Position numbers and translations under genes: made by a program. Positions 31,847 to 46,367 of a DNA stretch of 64,000 nucleotides are shown piece after piece; within the stretch, counting starts at the first letter, position 1, and each line of letters starts with the position of its first letter. The notes beneath the pieces were generated by a model. It was given only the letters and a program-made list of their open reading frames with translations. It was not told the DNA's origin and ran no database searches. The stretch spans positions 110,318 through 174,317 of the forward strand of contig CACEXK010000003.1 of assembly GCA_902563505.1 (NCBI GenBank), in the 5' to 3' direction. This DNA comes from an uncultured Alphaproteobacteria bacterium (lineage in GTDB: Bacteria > Pseudomonadota > Alphaproteobacteria > Methylaequorales > Methylaequoraceae).

Positions 31847-32863
31847 ATGAAAATAATTCCAGCGGTTTCCTTTTTATTTTTTTCATTAATTTTATTATAC
31901 CTAGGAAAATTTCTACTTTTACCCCTATTTATAGCTGTATTTCTATATATTATTATTAAATCCTTATCCAAAGACCTCAGAAGTCTAAGTTTAAAGTTTA
32001 AAATTAATTTGAATAGAATTCTTTCAATAGTTTTGATTTTTCTTTTTGCTATATTTTTGTGTTATTTTTCATTCAAAATATTCAAAATTAATGTGAATAA
32101 GGTGATTTCAAATACTAGCTCGTATCAACAAAATTTAGAAAATATTACTAATTATTTATCTGAAACATTTATAAGTAAGATTTTATCTGCAAACCAAATT
32201 TTTGGAAAGATTGATTTTTTTAAAATCTTCACTGAGTTTTTGAATTTTTTAACTAACTTTGCTGGAAATTTTTCTTTAGTTTTAATTTATCTTATTTTCT
32301 TTGTTCTAGAAGAAAAGTTTTTTGAAAAAAAATTAAATGAAATACTGGATAACAAAAATAAGATGAAAGTTTTTGTAAAAATTAACGACGAAATTTATAA
32401 CTATTTTAGGATCAAGGTATTTACTAGCTTTTTTACAGGAACTTTTACTTTTATAATACTCTTTTTTCTGGGAAATGACTTATCCACTGTCTTTGGAATT
32501 TTTTCATTTTTTTTAAACTTCATTCCATATATTGGCTCACTATTGTCGATTTTACTTCCATCAATTTTTTCTTATGTTCAATTTTTAGACCCACTAAATG
32601 CATTTCTAACATTATTTCTTTTATTTTTTATCCAGTTATTTTTTGGTAATTTCGTTGAACCAAAAATAATGAGTAAAACACTAAATCTAAGTCCAGTAAT
32701 ATTAATGATTTTTTTCTCACTTATGGGGAAATTATGGGGGGTATCAGGCATGTTTTTGAGTGTACCAATTTTGGTTGTTTTACTTATTATTTTTAATAAT
32801 TTTAAGGAAACCAAGAAGATTGCAATCTTTTTATCTGAAAAAGGAATTAATAAAAACTCATAG
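31847..32863 (+). CDS. AI-2E family transporter (PerM/UPF0118 permease)
   Basis: 338 aa polytopic protein with the PerM-like C-terminal region GKLWGVSGMFLSVPI. Confidence 0.7.
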   Translation: MKIIPAVSFLFFSLILLYLGKFLLLPLFIAVFLYIIIKSLSKDLRSLSLKFKINLNRILSIVLIFLFAIFLCYFSFKIFKINVNKVISNTSSYQQNLENITNYLSETFISKILSANQIFGKIDFFKIFTEFLNFLTNFAGNFSLVLIYLIFFVLEEKFFEKKLNEILDNKNKMKVFVKINDEIYNYFRIKVFTSFFTGTFTFIILFFLGNDLSTVFGIFSFFLNFIPYIGSLLSILLPSIFSYVQFLDPLNAFLTLFLLFFIQLFFGNFVEPKIMSKTLNLSPVILMIFFSLMGKLWGVSGMFLSVPILVVLLIIFNNFKETKKIAIFLSEKGINKNS

Positions 32864-33955
32864 CCGTAACTTTGAATGCCTTTGTAATGATAATATTAAT
32901 CCAAATCCAATAAAATATGACAACATTGATGACCCCCCGTATGAAACCAAAGGTAAAGGTAATCCTACAACTGGCAATATCCCAATTACCATTGACATAT
33001 TAATTAAAGAGGCAAAAAAGAAATTTGAAATTACCCCAAACCCTAACATTCTTGAAAAATTATCATGAGTAAAATGGTTGGAAATTTGGTAAGTAAGATA
33101 AGTTATCAAAGCAATTAAACCTATAACAGAAATGGTACCCAAAAAGCCAAACTCCTCACCTAACATAGAAAATATAAAATCAGTATGTTTTTCAGGTAAA
33201 AAATCAAGATGTGATTGTGTTCCCTTCATCCATCCTTTTCCTAATGTTCCTCCTGATCCAATTGCAATTTGAGATTGAATAATATGATAACCAGAACCTA
33301 GTGGATCATTTTCTGGATTAAAAAGAGTCAATATCCTTTGCTTTTGGTAATTTTTTAATGAATTCCATAAATAGGGAGCAATTATTAAAAAAAGAAAACC
33401 AAGAGACATAAAAAACTTCCAACTTAAGCCAGCTAAAAAGAAAACTACGAAACAAACAAAAAGAAATATTGATGCTGTACCAAGATCAGGTTGAGATAAA
33501 ATCAAAACAAATGGAATCACAGCCATCGTGATTGGAAGTATAAGAAAAAAATAATCTTTTTTTTCTTTTATTTTTTTTTCATCAAAAAACTTTGCTAAAG
33601 CAAGAATTATAACAATTTTCATTAACTCCGAAGGTTGAAAAAAAAAACCATGTAAATTAATCCATCTTCTTGAACCTTTCCCAATATAACCGAATAAAGA
33701 TGCCCATATTAATAATAGCAAACAAAAAACATAAAAATAAAATGCATTTTTTTTCCAAAAATCAATGTTAATCACACCAACTAAAAGCATTAAAGAAAAA
33801 CCAAAAGAGATTTTTAATATATGAGAAGAGAGGATGTCGTATTCCATCCCAGAAGTTGCACTATAGATCATTACAAATCCTACAAACGAGAGAAAAAATA
33901 CTAATGCAATAAAAAACCAATAAAGGTTCTTAAATCTGAAAAAAATTTCGTTCAT
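32858..33955 (-). CDS. mrdB: Rod shape-determining protein RodA (SEDS family)
   Basis: IYSATSG N-terminal motif and FtsW/RodA topology. Downstream of mrdA. Confidence 0.85.
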   Translation of the reverse strand: MNEIFFRFKNLYWFFIALVFFLSFVGFVMIYSATSGMEYDILSSHILKISFGFSLMLLVGVINIDFWKKNAFYFYVFCLLLLIWASLFGYIGKGSRRWINLHGFFFQPSELMKIVIILALAKFFDEKKIKEKKDYFFLILPITMAVIPFVLILSQPDLGTASIFLFVCFVVFFLAGLSWKFFMSLGFLFLIIAPYLWNSLKNYQKQRILTLFNPENDPLGSGYHIIQSQIAIGSGGTLGKGWMKGTQSHLDFLPEKHTDFIFSMLGEEFGFLGTISVIGLIALITYLTYQISNHFTHDNFSRMLGFGVISNFFFASLINMSMVIGILPVVGLPLPLVSYGGSSMLSYFIGFGLILSLQRHSKLRL

Positions 33956-33961
33956 AATTTG

Positions 33962-35740
33962 TCAAATAAATTTTTTCAATGCGAGTTCCATTATATTCTT
34001 TGCAATAGGAGCTGCAACCTTAGAGCCACTTCCCATATGTTCAGCAATAACTGTAAGAGCAAATTTTGGTTTGTCGTAAGGTGCATAACATGTAAAGATT
34101 GAATGATCTCTTAATTTGTACTGCAGTTCTTCATTCTTTAATACACCACTTTCTCTCTCTTCTTTAGAAATCCTTCTTACCTGAGAAGTTCCTGTCTTTC
34201 CAGCCATCTTATATTGATTTCTAAGTTTTGAACTATTAGCTGTCCCATCATAATCGTTGACTACTGAATACATGGATCTTCTTATAAAATCCAAATTCTT
34301 ATCAGAGAAAGGCAAATCTTCAAAAAATATATTTTTTGTTTTTAAAATACTTGGTTTGATATTTTTACCTGTAGCGACTCTGCCAGTCATAAGTGTAATT
34401 TGAAGAGGGGTAGATAGAGTAAAACCTTGACCGATAACTGTATTAAGAGTTTCTCCTCCCTGCCATTTCTCTCCCCTATTTTTAAGTTTCCATTTTTTAT
34501 CTGGCATAATACCTATGTGTTCATTTGGAATGTCAATTCCAGTAAACATGCCCAAAGAAAATTTTTTAGAAAATCTTGATAATGAATCAATATCAACTTC
34601 TTTTGCAAGATTATAAAAATAACAATCACAGGACTTTTTTATCGCATCAAACAAATTAACATTACCATGACCATTTTTTTTCCAACAATGAAATTTTCTA
34701 TTGCCAAACTCAACAAATCCTGGACAAAAATATATTTTATTATGGTCAAAACCAATTATCTCTAATGCATATAATGCAGTTAAAATCTTGTAGGTAGAAC
34801 CAGGAGAGTAAAGGCCCGCAATACATCTATTTAGCAAAGGATCTTTTTCATCTTCAATTAATTGCTTCCATCTTTCATTTGTAACACCATTACTAAATTC
34901 ATTATTGTCAAAAGATGGTGTTGATACCATGCAATTTACACCTCCAGTTTCACAATCCATCATTACTGCAGCTCCACTAATACCACTCAACAGATTAAAT
35001 GCTTTTTCCTGAATATCAGTAATTAGATTTGTTCTTATGTTTTTTCCTGGTATTGCAAGTTTCTTATTTATTTCTTTTTTTATCTTTCCTTTAGAATTAG
35101 TTTCAAGTTTTATCCATCCATCGGAACCCAATAATGTTGTATCAAAAATTTTTTCTATACCAGCAATTCCAAATTTAAGATTATTAAGTTTTTCTTCTTC
35201 AACATCCTGCTTATAACCAACATATCCGAGAACATGTGAAAAAATTTGATTATTATCATAATTTCTAACTTTTTCTTTAGTAATAAATAAAAATGGGAAT
35301 TTATTTGATATTAGTTCAAAAACCTCTAGCTCTTTCCAAGTCAAATTTTTTTTTATCACTATAAAATCTGATAAATTCTTTTGAGCAATATTCTTCTCTA
35401 AATCTTCAAGATCTCTTTGGGAGAAAGAAATTACATTGGCAAGAGTTGAAATATATTTTTTTATCAATTTTTTTTTTTCTCTAAATATGTTTAATTGAAA
35501 GTCAAGTCTATTTGAAGCAATTGGTTTGTTGTAGAGATCAAAAATTTTACCTCGCTCCGGGTATAGGATTTTCACTTTCGTTCTATTTAGGTCCGAAAGT
35601 TTTCCGTATTTAGACTTATTAAGTATCTGCAAATAATATAATTTTCCACACACTAAAAAAGTAAATAATGACTTACTGACACCTAAAATTAATGACCTTC
35701 TTCTCAGTTGCTGATATTTATTAAATTCACTACTCATCAT
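33962..35740 (-). CDS. mrdA: Penicillin-binding protein 2 (transpeptidase)
   Basis: SxxK (STYK), SxN and KTG(T) motifs. 592 aa. Downstream of mreBCD. Confidence 0.85.
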   Translation of the reverse strand: MMSSEFNKYQQLRRRSLILGVSKSLFTFLVCGKLYYLQILNKSKYGKLSDLNRTKVKILYPERGKIFDLYNKPIASNRLDFQLNIFREKKKLIKKYISTLANVISFSQRDLEDLEKNIAQKNLSDFIVIKKNLTWKELEVFELISNKFPFLFITKEKVRNYDNNQIFSHVLGYVGYKQDVEEEKLNNLKFGIAGIEKIFDTTLLGSDGWIKLETNSKGKIKKEINKKLAIPGKNIRTNLITDIQEKAFNLLSGISGAAVMMDCETGGVNCMVSTPSFDNNEFSNGVTNERWKQLIEDEKDPLLNRCIAGLYSPGSTYKILTALYALEIIGFDHNKIYFCPGFVEFGNRKFHCWKKNGHGNVNLFDAIKKSCDCYFYNLAKEVDIDSLSRFSKKFSLGMFTGIDIPNEHIGIMPDKKWKLKNRGEKWQGGETLNTVIGQGFTLSTPLQITLMTGRVATGKNIKPSILKTKNIFFEDLPFSDKNLDFIRRSMYSVVNDYDGTANSSKLRNQYKMAGKTGTSQVRRISKEERESGVLKNEELQYKLRDHSIFTCYAPYDKPKFALTVIAEHMGSGSKVAAPIAKNIMELALKKFI

Positions 35741-36227
35741 AACCCTTAAATCTTAAGGTAATTTTTTCGATTATAATAAAAATCATTGGGAAAAGTATTA
35801 CGGTAAGAATAAAACTTATAAAATTCTTTTTTAGATCGTAATCAAAATCCTCTACTAAAGAGTTTATTAAATAATTGCAAACAACATAAAAGAATAATAA
35901 CAACAGAAATCTAACCCATGTTTCTTTAAAATCAAATGACAATAAATTACCTGATTGTTTCCTCTGAAAGTGGTAAATAAATAAGAAAAACAAAGCTGAA
36001 ACCCCAATAATTCCGTCTTGAAGAAAATCATAGAATAAGCCAAATATTAAAAGCCAAATAGGCCTAAATTTTCCTATATCATGACAAATCCAACAATAAA
36101 CCATAGAAAAAGCTAAAAAGGGTTTGATTAATTTATTTTCAAAAAAATAAACTGGTGAAAACTCTAAATAGATAAAAAATAAAATGAAAACAAACGGAAA
36201 GATCTTGAGAAAAAAACTATTAATCAT
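35730..36227 (-). CDS. mreD: Rod shape-determining protein MreD
   Basis: 165 aa polytopic membrane protein located between mreC and mrdA. Confidence 0.7.
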   Translation of the reverse strand: MINSFFLKIFPFVFILFFIYLEFSPVYFFENKLIKPFLAFSMVYCWICHDIGKFRPIWLLIFGLFYDFLQDGIIGVSALFFLFIYHFQRKQSGNLLSFDFKETWVRFLLLLFFYVVCNYLINSLVEDFDYDLKKNFISFILTVILFPMIFIIIEKITLRFKGYDE

Positions 36228-36239
36228 TTTTTACTTTTT

Positions 36240-37079
36240 TTACCAATCAAGTTGCCTTTCAAAATCATAAACTAAAACATTAACATAAATTGAATCAGAA
36301 ACTTTTGCAAATGGTTCAATATAAACTTCATTTAAAGTTTTTTTAACTTTTCCAACTCTAATACCTTCTTTGAAGTATCCAGCTGCATTAGTTGTAACTA
36401 TTGTTTCATCATGCTTTAAATTAAAAAAATCTTCTATATGTTTCAATAATAATTTTTCATTACCCCCTTGAACAAAAAAAGATTTTTTTGAATCAATAGA
36501 AAAAACTGGGATTACAGAATCTTGATCATAAATAGTCATGACTTTTGAGGAAAATTCCCCCAATTCTGAAACTCTACCTATCATTCCATTTTCATTAAAA
36601 ACAATATCATTTAGTTTCAAACCATTAAGTTTTCCCAGATCTATAAAAAAAATAAATTCATTGCTTTTATACGGATCTATCAAAATCCTTCCTGTAATTT
36701 TTTGTGAATAACCTTTTTCATCAATTTTTAGGAGCTTTTTTAGTCTATAATTTTCCAATAAATAAAAATTTTTTTTATCAACTTCTTTCTTTAATTTTTC
36801 ATTTTCTTTCTTAAGAAAAATGTTTAATTCTTTTGATTCCTGAAGGTCACCAAAATAATGAAATGTATCACTTATAAATTCAAAAGGTTTGCTGACTAAT
36901 ATTAAGCCAGGCTTACTGAAGGAAATAACATAATATTTTATATTAATAACAAAATTATTTTTTGAAAAAGAGCCAATTAAGAAAATAATTGACAATATAA
37001 TTGAAAAAAACATTTCAACAGCATAAGGGGTTAAAAAACCTGACTGAAACCCCCTAGAAAAGGATGTTTTATATGCCAT
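36240..37079 (-). CDS. mreC: Rod shape-determining protein MreC
   Basis: N-terminal TM helix, coiled coil and a beta domain. Position after mreB. Confidence 0.75.
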   Translation of the reverse strand: MAYKTSFSRGFQSGFLTPYAVEMFFSIILSIIFLIGSFSKNNFVINIKYYVISFSKPGLILVSKPFEFISDTFHYFGDLQESKELNIFLKKENEKLKKEVDKKNFYLLENYRLKKLLKIDEKGYSQKITGRILIDPYKSNEFIFFIDLGKLNGLKLNDIVFNENGMIGRVSELGEFSSKVMTIYDQDSVIPVFSIDSKKSFFVQGGNEKLLLKHIEDFFNLKHDETIVTTNAAGYFKEGIRVGKVKKTLNEVYIEPFAKVSDSIYVNVLVYDFERQLDW

Positions 37080-37081
37080 AT

Positions 37082-39746
<2,665 letters not shown>

Positions 39747-39758
39747 AATTCAATAATA

Positions 39759-41310
<1,552 letters not shown>

Positions 41311-43068
41311 TTATACCAGAACCATGCCCTCTTCTGAAATTTCTCCATCCATTTTATCATCTGGGCCCAGGAGCATTTGATTGTGTGATGAACCTGACGG
41401 AATCATTGGAAAACAGTTTTCTGATGGATCAACAACGACATCACATATGACGGGACCTTTTATTTTTATCATTTCTTTGATGAGACCATCTAAATCCCCA
41501 GGTTTTGTTATCTGCAATCCAACTGCTCCAAAGGATTCTGCTAGTTTTACAAAGTCAGGCAACGAGTCCATATATGATTCCGACAACCTATTCCCATGAA
41601 GTAATTCCTGCCATTGTCTCACCATACCCATGTAATGATTGTTTAATATAAATACCTTTACGGGCAATCTATATTGTTTTATTGTCGACATTTCTTGGAT
41701 ATTCATAAGAATTGATGCTTCACCAGCAACATCAATTACCAAACTATTGGGATGAGCTATTTGAACCCCCATTGCGGCTGGAAGGCCATATCCCATCGTT
41801 CCCAGACCGCCGGATGTCATCCAATGCTTAGGTTTATTAAAAGTCAAAAATTGCGCTGCCCACATCTGATGTTGACCAACCTCTGTTGTGAAAAATGGTT
41901 CAAATTCTTTTGTGAGTTGATCTAATTTCTGTATTGCAAACTGTGGCTTAATAATCTCATTAGAATTTTTAAATTTTAAACAGTTTTTTCCTCTCCATTT
42001 ATTAATTTGATCCCACCATTTTTTTATTTTATTTTTTTGAAAAACAATTTTCTTTTTTTGAATTCTCTCATTAATTAATTTTAAAATAGCCCCTAGATCT
42101 CCCTGAACGGTCAAATCAACATTTACACTTTTATTGAAAGAAGAAGAATCAATATCTAAGTGTATTTTTTTTGATTTTGGAGAAAAACCAGAAACTTTTC
42201 CTGTAATTCGATCATCAAACCTTGCTCCAACACAAATTAAAAGATCTGATTGGTGCATTGACATATTCGCTTCATAAGTACCATGCATGCCTAACATCCC
42301 AATAAATTGTTTATCAGATGTTGGGAAAGCTCCAAGACCCATTAGCGTTTGTGTGCAAGGGAAACCTGTTTTTTTTATTATATCATGGAGATGATTGGAG
42401 GCAGAAAGCCCAGAATTAACTGTTCCACCACCCACATAAAAAATTGGCTTTACTGATTTTTTGAGCATTTCGACAATTCTGTCAATATCATCAGATTTGG
42501 GTTTTATATTAGGTTTATAATATGAAATTCTTTTTGTTAATCTTTTCCCTCTATAGACACTGTTGAAAGTCTGTATATCTTTTGGTATGTCAACCAAAAC
42601 TGGTCCTGGTCTTCCATTTTTGGCTATATAGAATGCGGAGTGAATTGCTCCAGCAAGTTTTTCAACATTTTTAACTAAATAATTATGTTTTGTGCATGGT
42701 CGGGTAATTCCAACAATATCTGCCTCTTGAAATGCATCATTTCCAATCATATGAGTAGGAACTTGTCCGGAAATACACACTACAGGAACTGAATCCATCA
42801 TTGCATCAGCCAAACCAGTAACTGTGTTGGTTGCTCCAGGACCAGATGTGACAAGAACAACTCCCACTTTACCCGTTGATCGAGCATAACCTTCAGCAGC
42901 GTGAACAGCACCCTGTTCATGTCTTACTAAGATATGTCTAATTTTGTTTTGTTTGAATAGCTCGTCATAAATTGGCAATACTGCACCGCCAGGATAACCA
43001 AAAATTACCTTTACATTCTCTTGAATTAAAGTTTCTATTACTATTCTTGCACCACTAATTTTTTTCAT
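41311..43068 (-). CDS. ilvB: Acetolactate synthase large subunit (ThDP-dependent)
   Basis: 585 aa with the ThDP motif GLGTMGYGLPAAMG. Directly followed by ilvH. Confidence 0.9.
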   Translation of the reverse strand: MKKISGARIVIETLIQENVKVIFGYPGGAVLPIYDELFKQNKIRHILVRHEQGAVHAAEGYARSTGKVGVVLVTSGPGATNTVTGLADAMMDSVPVVCISGQVPTHMIGNDAFQEADIVGITRPCTKHNYLVKNVEKLAGAIHSAFYIAKNGRPGPVLVDIPKDIQTFNSVYRGKRLTKRISYYKPNIKPKSDDIDRIVEMLKKSVKPIFYVGGGTVNSGLSASNHLHDIIKKTGFPCTQTLMGLGAFPTSDKQFIGMLGMHGTYEANMSMHQSDLLICVGARFDDRITGKVSGFSPKSKKIHLDIDSSSFNKSVNVDLTVQGDLGAILKLINERIQKKKIVFQKNKIKKWWDQINKWRGKNCLKFKNSNEIIKPQFAIQKLDQLTKEFEPFFTTEVGQHQMWAAQFLTFNKPKHWMTSGGLGTMGYGLPAAMGVQIAHPNSLVIDVAGEASILMNIQEMSTIKQYRLPVKVFILNNHYMGMVRQWQELLHGNRLSESYMDSLPDFVKLAESFGAVGLQITKPGDLDGLIKEMIKIKGPVICDVVVDPSENCFPMIPSGSSHNQMLLGPDDKMDGEISEEGMVLV

Positions 43069-43126
43069 AATTATTAAAGTAAACTAAAATAATTTATTAC
43101 TCAACTAACCAAAAATTTTTAAAAAA

Positions 43127-44020
43127 CTAAATATTACTTAATATATAGTTCTTAGCATCAGCAAAATCTAAATGTTTTGCAATAATTGCCTTATTATTAA
43201 ACCAAGTAATTTGTCTTTTTGCATACCTCCTGGTTTCTTGCATAAAAATCTTCATAGATTCATCAAGAGAAATTGACCCTCCAATATGCTGCTCCAGTGA
43301 TCTAAAACCGATAGATTTATGAAGAGGATGATTGATTTTTGATTTAATGTTAAGAAAACTACTTATCTCCTCTAAAACACCTGATTTTAACATTTTTTTG
43401 CATCTTTTATTGATATTTTCATAAAGAATATTTCTTTCAATCTTGAGTGCTACATAAATTAATTTTTTGATTCTTTGATTTTTTTTAGTCATATGCCACT
43501 CAGTCATTGATTTGCCTGTAGAAAAAGCTACTGCAGTTGCTCTTATTATCCTTTGTTTATCGTTTGAAGAGATTTTTTCTGCATATTTTGGGTCTACTTT
43601 TTTTAATTTTTCATAAAGATATTCATTGCCAAATTTTAGTTGAATTTTTTTAACATTAATTTCTACATCTTTTGGTATTTTTGGAATTGGAGATAAATCA
43701 TTAATTAATGAGTCGATATATAAACCAGTTCCTCCAACAATAATTGGAATCTTCTGATTAATCTTAAAAAGTTTCTCTACTTCTCTTTTCCATAAACCTA
43801 CGCTACAAATTTTTGGGTATTCCACAAAACTGAAGAGTTTACATTCGCTTTCTACCATCTCGGCTGAATCAGGTTTGTTGGTGAGGATATCAAGTTTATC
43901 ATAAACCTGCATACTGTCAGCATTGATGATATAACTTGGAAATTCTTTTTGAATAGATTTTGCTAATTTTGTTTTATTGGATGATGTTGGTCCACCTATG
44001 AAAATTGCAATGGGTATCAA
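43127..44020 (-). CDS. miaA: tRNA dimethylallyltransferase
   Basis: P-loop GGPTSSNKT and the MiaA family layout. Confidence 0.85.
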   Translation of the reverse strand: MIPIAIFIGGPTSSNKTKLAKSIQKEFPSYIINADSMQVYDKLDILTNKPDSAEMVESECKLFSFVEYPKICSVGLWKREVEKLFKINQKIPIIVGGTGLYIDSLINDLSPIPKIPKDVEINVKKIQLKFGNEYLYEKLKKVDPKYAEKISSNDKQRIIRATAVAFSTGKSMTEWHMTKKNQRIKKLIYVALKIERNILYENINKRCKKMLKSGVLEEISSFLNIKSKINHPLHKSIGFRSLEQHIGGSISLDESMKIFMQETRRYAKRQITWFNNKAIIAKHLDFADAKNYILSNI

Positions 44021-44024
44021 ATTA

Positions 44025-45491
44025 TCACTTTAGTTTTAAAATTAAAAATCTTGAAAAATCATTTTCAAAAACTTGTAACAAAACTGATTCTGCGCCTTTT
44101 TTCAATGCATCTTCAAAAATCTTTTTTGCTTCTTCTGGTTTTTTTACATTCTTTTGCGAGATTTGGGATATAACCGCACCTACATTCAGACCGGCCTTTG
44201 AAGCGAAAGAATCTCTTTTAACAGCTGTTATAACCACACCTATAACATTTTTTGATATACTGTATTGTTGTCTTGTTTCGTTATTTAAACCTGCGAACCG
44301 AAGACCTATCTCATCGAGCTCTATTTCATTTGTCTGAACTTCGTCACTTTCTTTTTTTTCATCTTTTGCTGTTTCATTAAATTTTTCAAGTTCACCAAGT
44401 TTTACAGTAAAACTCTTGACTTTCTTATCTCTCCAAACTTTTACAGAAGCTTTACTTTCAACTATTGAGTCTGCAACAGTTCTTTGCAAAGATTTTACAT
44501 CTTTGATTTTTTTTCCATTAAATTCTAAAATAACATCTCCTGCTCTTAAACCACCCTTTTCTGCAGGTTCACCAGGATTGACCATAGAAATCAAAACGCC
44601 TTCTTCGTTTTTAAGACCCAAGCTTTTGGCAATGTCAGGTGTTATTTCCTGTATTCTTACTCCAAGCCAACCTCTCTGGGTTTTACCAAATTTCTTTAAT
44701 TGTTCGATAATAGGTCTAGCAAGGTTTGAAGGAATAGAAAAGCCAATTCCAACACTACCTCCAGTTGGTGAGAAAATCGCTGTATTAATACCCAATACTT
44801 CACCTTCAAGATTAAAAAGAGGACCGCCAGAATTTCCTCTATTGATTGACGCATCGGTTTGAATAAAACTATCATATGGTCCTGCATTAATATCTCTATT
44901 GAATGCAGAAATTATTCCTGATGTAACTGTGCCTCCTAAACCGAAGGGGTTACCAATAGCTATGACTGAGTGCCCAACTCTTGCCAAATCTGAGTTGGCG
45001 AAATTAACATATGCCAGAGGTTTTTCTGGCTCAACTTTAAGTAAAGCCAGATCCGTTAATTTATCGGTTCCAATTAATTTAGCCTCTAATTCAGTTTCGT
45101 CTTGAAATTTTACTTTAATTTCTTTGGACTGCTCTATAACATGATTATTTGTAACAATATATCCGCTGGGGTCTATTACAAAGCCTGAACCTAATGCTTG
45201 AGGTCTTTCCTGTTCAGGCTGATTTGGTTGTTGTTGCTGCGGTCCAAAAGGAAATCCAGGCGGAAAATTCTTGAAAAAATCTCTGAATTGTGGAGGTATA
45301 TTATCAAATGGCATTTGGTTATTTGCTTGAGGCTTTGGTTTTTGAACAGTAAAAACATTTACTACACTGGGCGATAGTTTTTCCACAAGATCAGCTAATT
45401 CATCGGATAGTGGGTGTCCTTTTAAAAAACTAAAATTATAAAAAGTGAAAATTATAGTTAAAAAAATTAATTTTGAATATTGCTTTATCAT
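44025..45491 (-). CDS. degP: Periplasmic serine endoprotease DegP/HtrA (Do family)
   Basis: Signal peptide, catalytic GNSGGPL and two PDZ regions. 488 aa. Confidence 0.9.
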   Translation of the reverse strand: MIKQYSKLIFLTIIFTFYNFSFLKGHPLSDELADLVEKLSPSVVNVFTVQKPKPQANNQMPFDNIPPQFRDFFKNFPPGFPFGPQQQQPNQPEQERPQALGSGFVIDPSGYIVTNNHVIEQSKEIKVKFQDETELEAKLIGTDKLTDLALLKVEPEKPLAYVNFANSDLARVGHSVIAIGNPFGLGGTVTSGIISAFNRDINAGPYDSFIQTDASINRGNSGGPLFNLEGEVLGINTAIFSPTGGSVGIGFSIPSNLARPIIEQLKKFGKTQRGWLGVRIQEITPDIAKSLGLKNEEGVLISMVNPGEPAEKGGLRAGDVILEFNGKKIKDVKSLQRTVADSIVESKASVKVWRDKKVKSFTVKLGELEKFNETAKDEKKESDEVQTNEIELDEIGLRFAGLNNETRQQYSISKNVIGVVITAVKRDSFASKAGLNVGAVISQISQKNVKKPEEAKKIFEDALKKGAESVLLQVFENDFSRFLILKLK

Positions 45492-45500
45492 AATCTCAAT

Positions 45501-46367
45501 TTAGTTCGTACCTTTGGAGTTATTAAAAAATTCTAGAAATTCGCTATCTGGCGACAGTATCATAGTTGTTCCGTCTTCACCTAAAACATTTCCATATGCC
45601 TGCATGGATCTGTAAAAAGAATAGAAATCTGGATCTCTCTCAAATGCCTCAGCATATATTGAAACTGCATTTGATTCGCCTTCTCCTCTCAATATTTCAC
45701 CTTTTTTAGTAGCTTCTGCAAGTATTACAGTTCTATCTTTATCAGCTTCAGCTCGAATTTTTTGTGCAATCTCAGATCCTTTAGCTCTAAATTCTTTTGC
45801 CTCTCTAACCCTTTCACTAATCATTCTTTCATAAATCGCTTGACTATTTGCCTCTGGTAAATCTGCTCTTCTAATTCTCACATCTACCACCTCGATTCCA
45901 AATCTTGAAGCTTCATCATTAACTTCAACTTTAATATTTTCCATGATATTGCTTCTTTCCTCTGAAAGTAACTCATCTAAAGTAACTCTACCAACAACTC
46001 TTCTTAGTGAGGAGATTACATTTGAGTTGATTCTATTTCTTACACTAATTTCTGTACCAACGGTTTTGTAAAATTCGAGGGGGTCTACAATCTTGAATCT
46101 TGTAAAAGAATCAACCAACATTCTCTTTTTATCAACAGCAATGACTTCTTCAATTGGTAGATCATACTCTAGTATTCTTTTATCATATCTAACTACATTT
46201 TGGATTAATGGAACCTTGAAGTGTAAACCGGTTGTTTTTATTACTCTCTTTGGTTCACCAAACTGAAGAACAAGCCCCTGCTCTCTCTCATTCATAGTAA
46301 AAAAAGCATTTAAAGCAACAAAAAGTGATATAACCATGAATACTAGAAAAATTGATGATCTACTCAT
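45501..46367 (-). CDS. hflC: Protease modulator HflC (SPFH/band 7)
   Basis: N-terminal TM helix and SPFH domain. Follows hflK with an 8-nt overlap. Confidence 0.85.
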   Translation of the reverse strand: MSRSSIFLVFMVISLFVALNAFFTMNEREQGLVLQFGEPKRVIKTTGLHFKVPLIQNVVRYDKRILEYDLPIEEVIAVDKKRMLVDSFTRFKIVDPLEFYKTVGTEISVRNRINSNVISSLRRVVGRVTLDELLSEERSNIMENIKVEVNDEASRFGIEVVDVRIRRADLPEANSQAIYERMISERVREAKEFRAKGSEIAQKIRAEADKDRTVILAEATKKGEILRGEGESNAVSIYAEAFERDPDFYSFYRSMQAYGNVLGEDGTTMILSPDSEFLEFFNNSKGTN

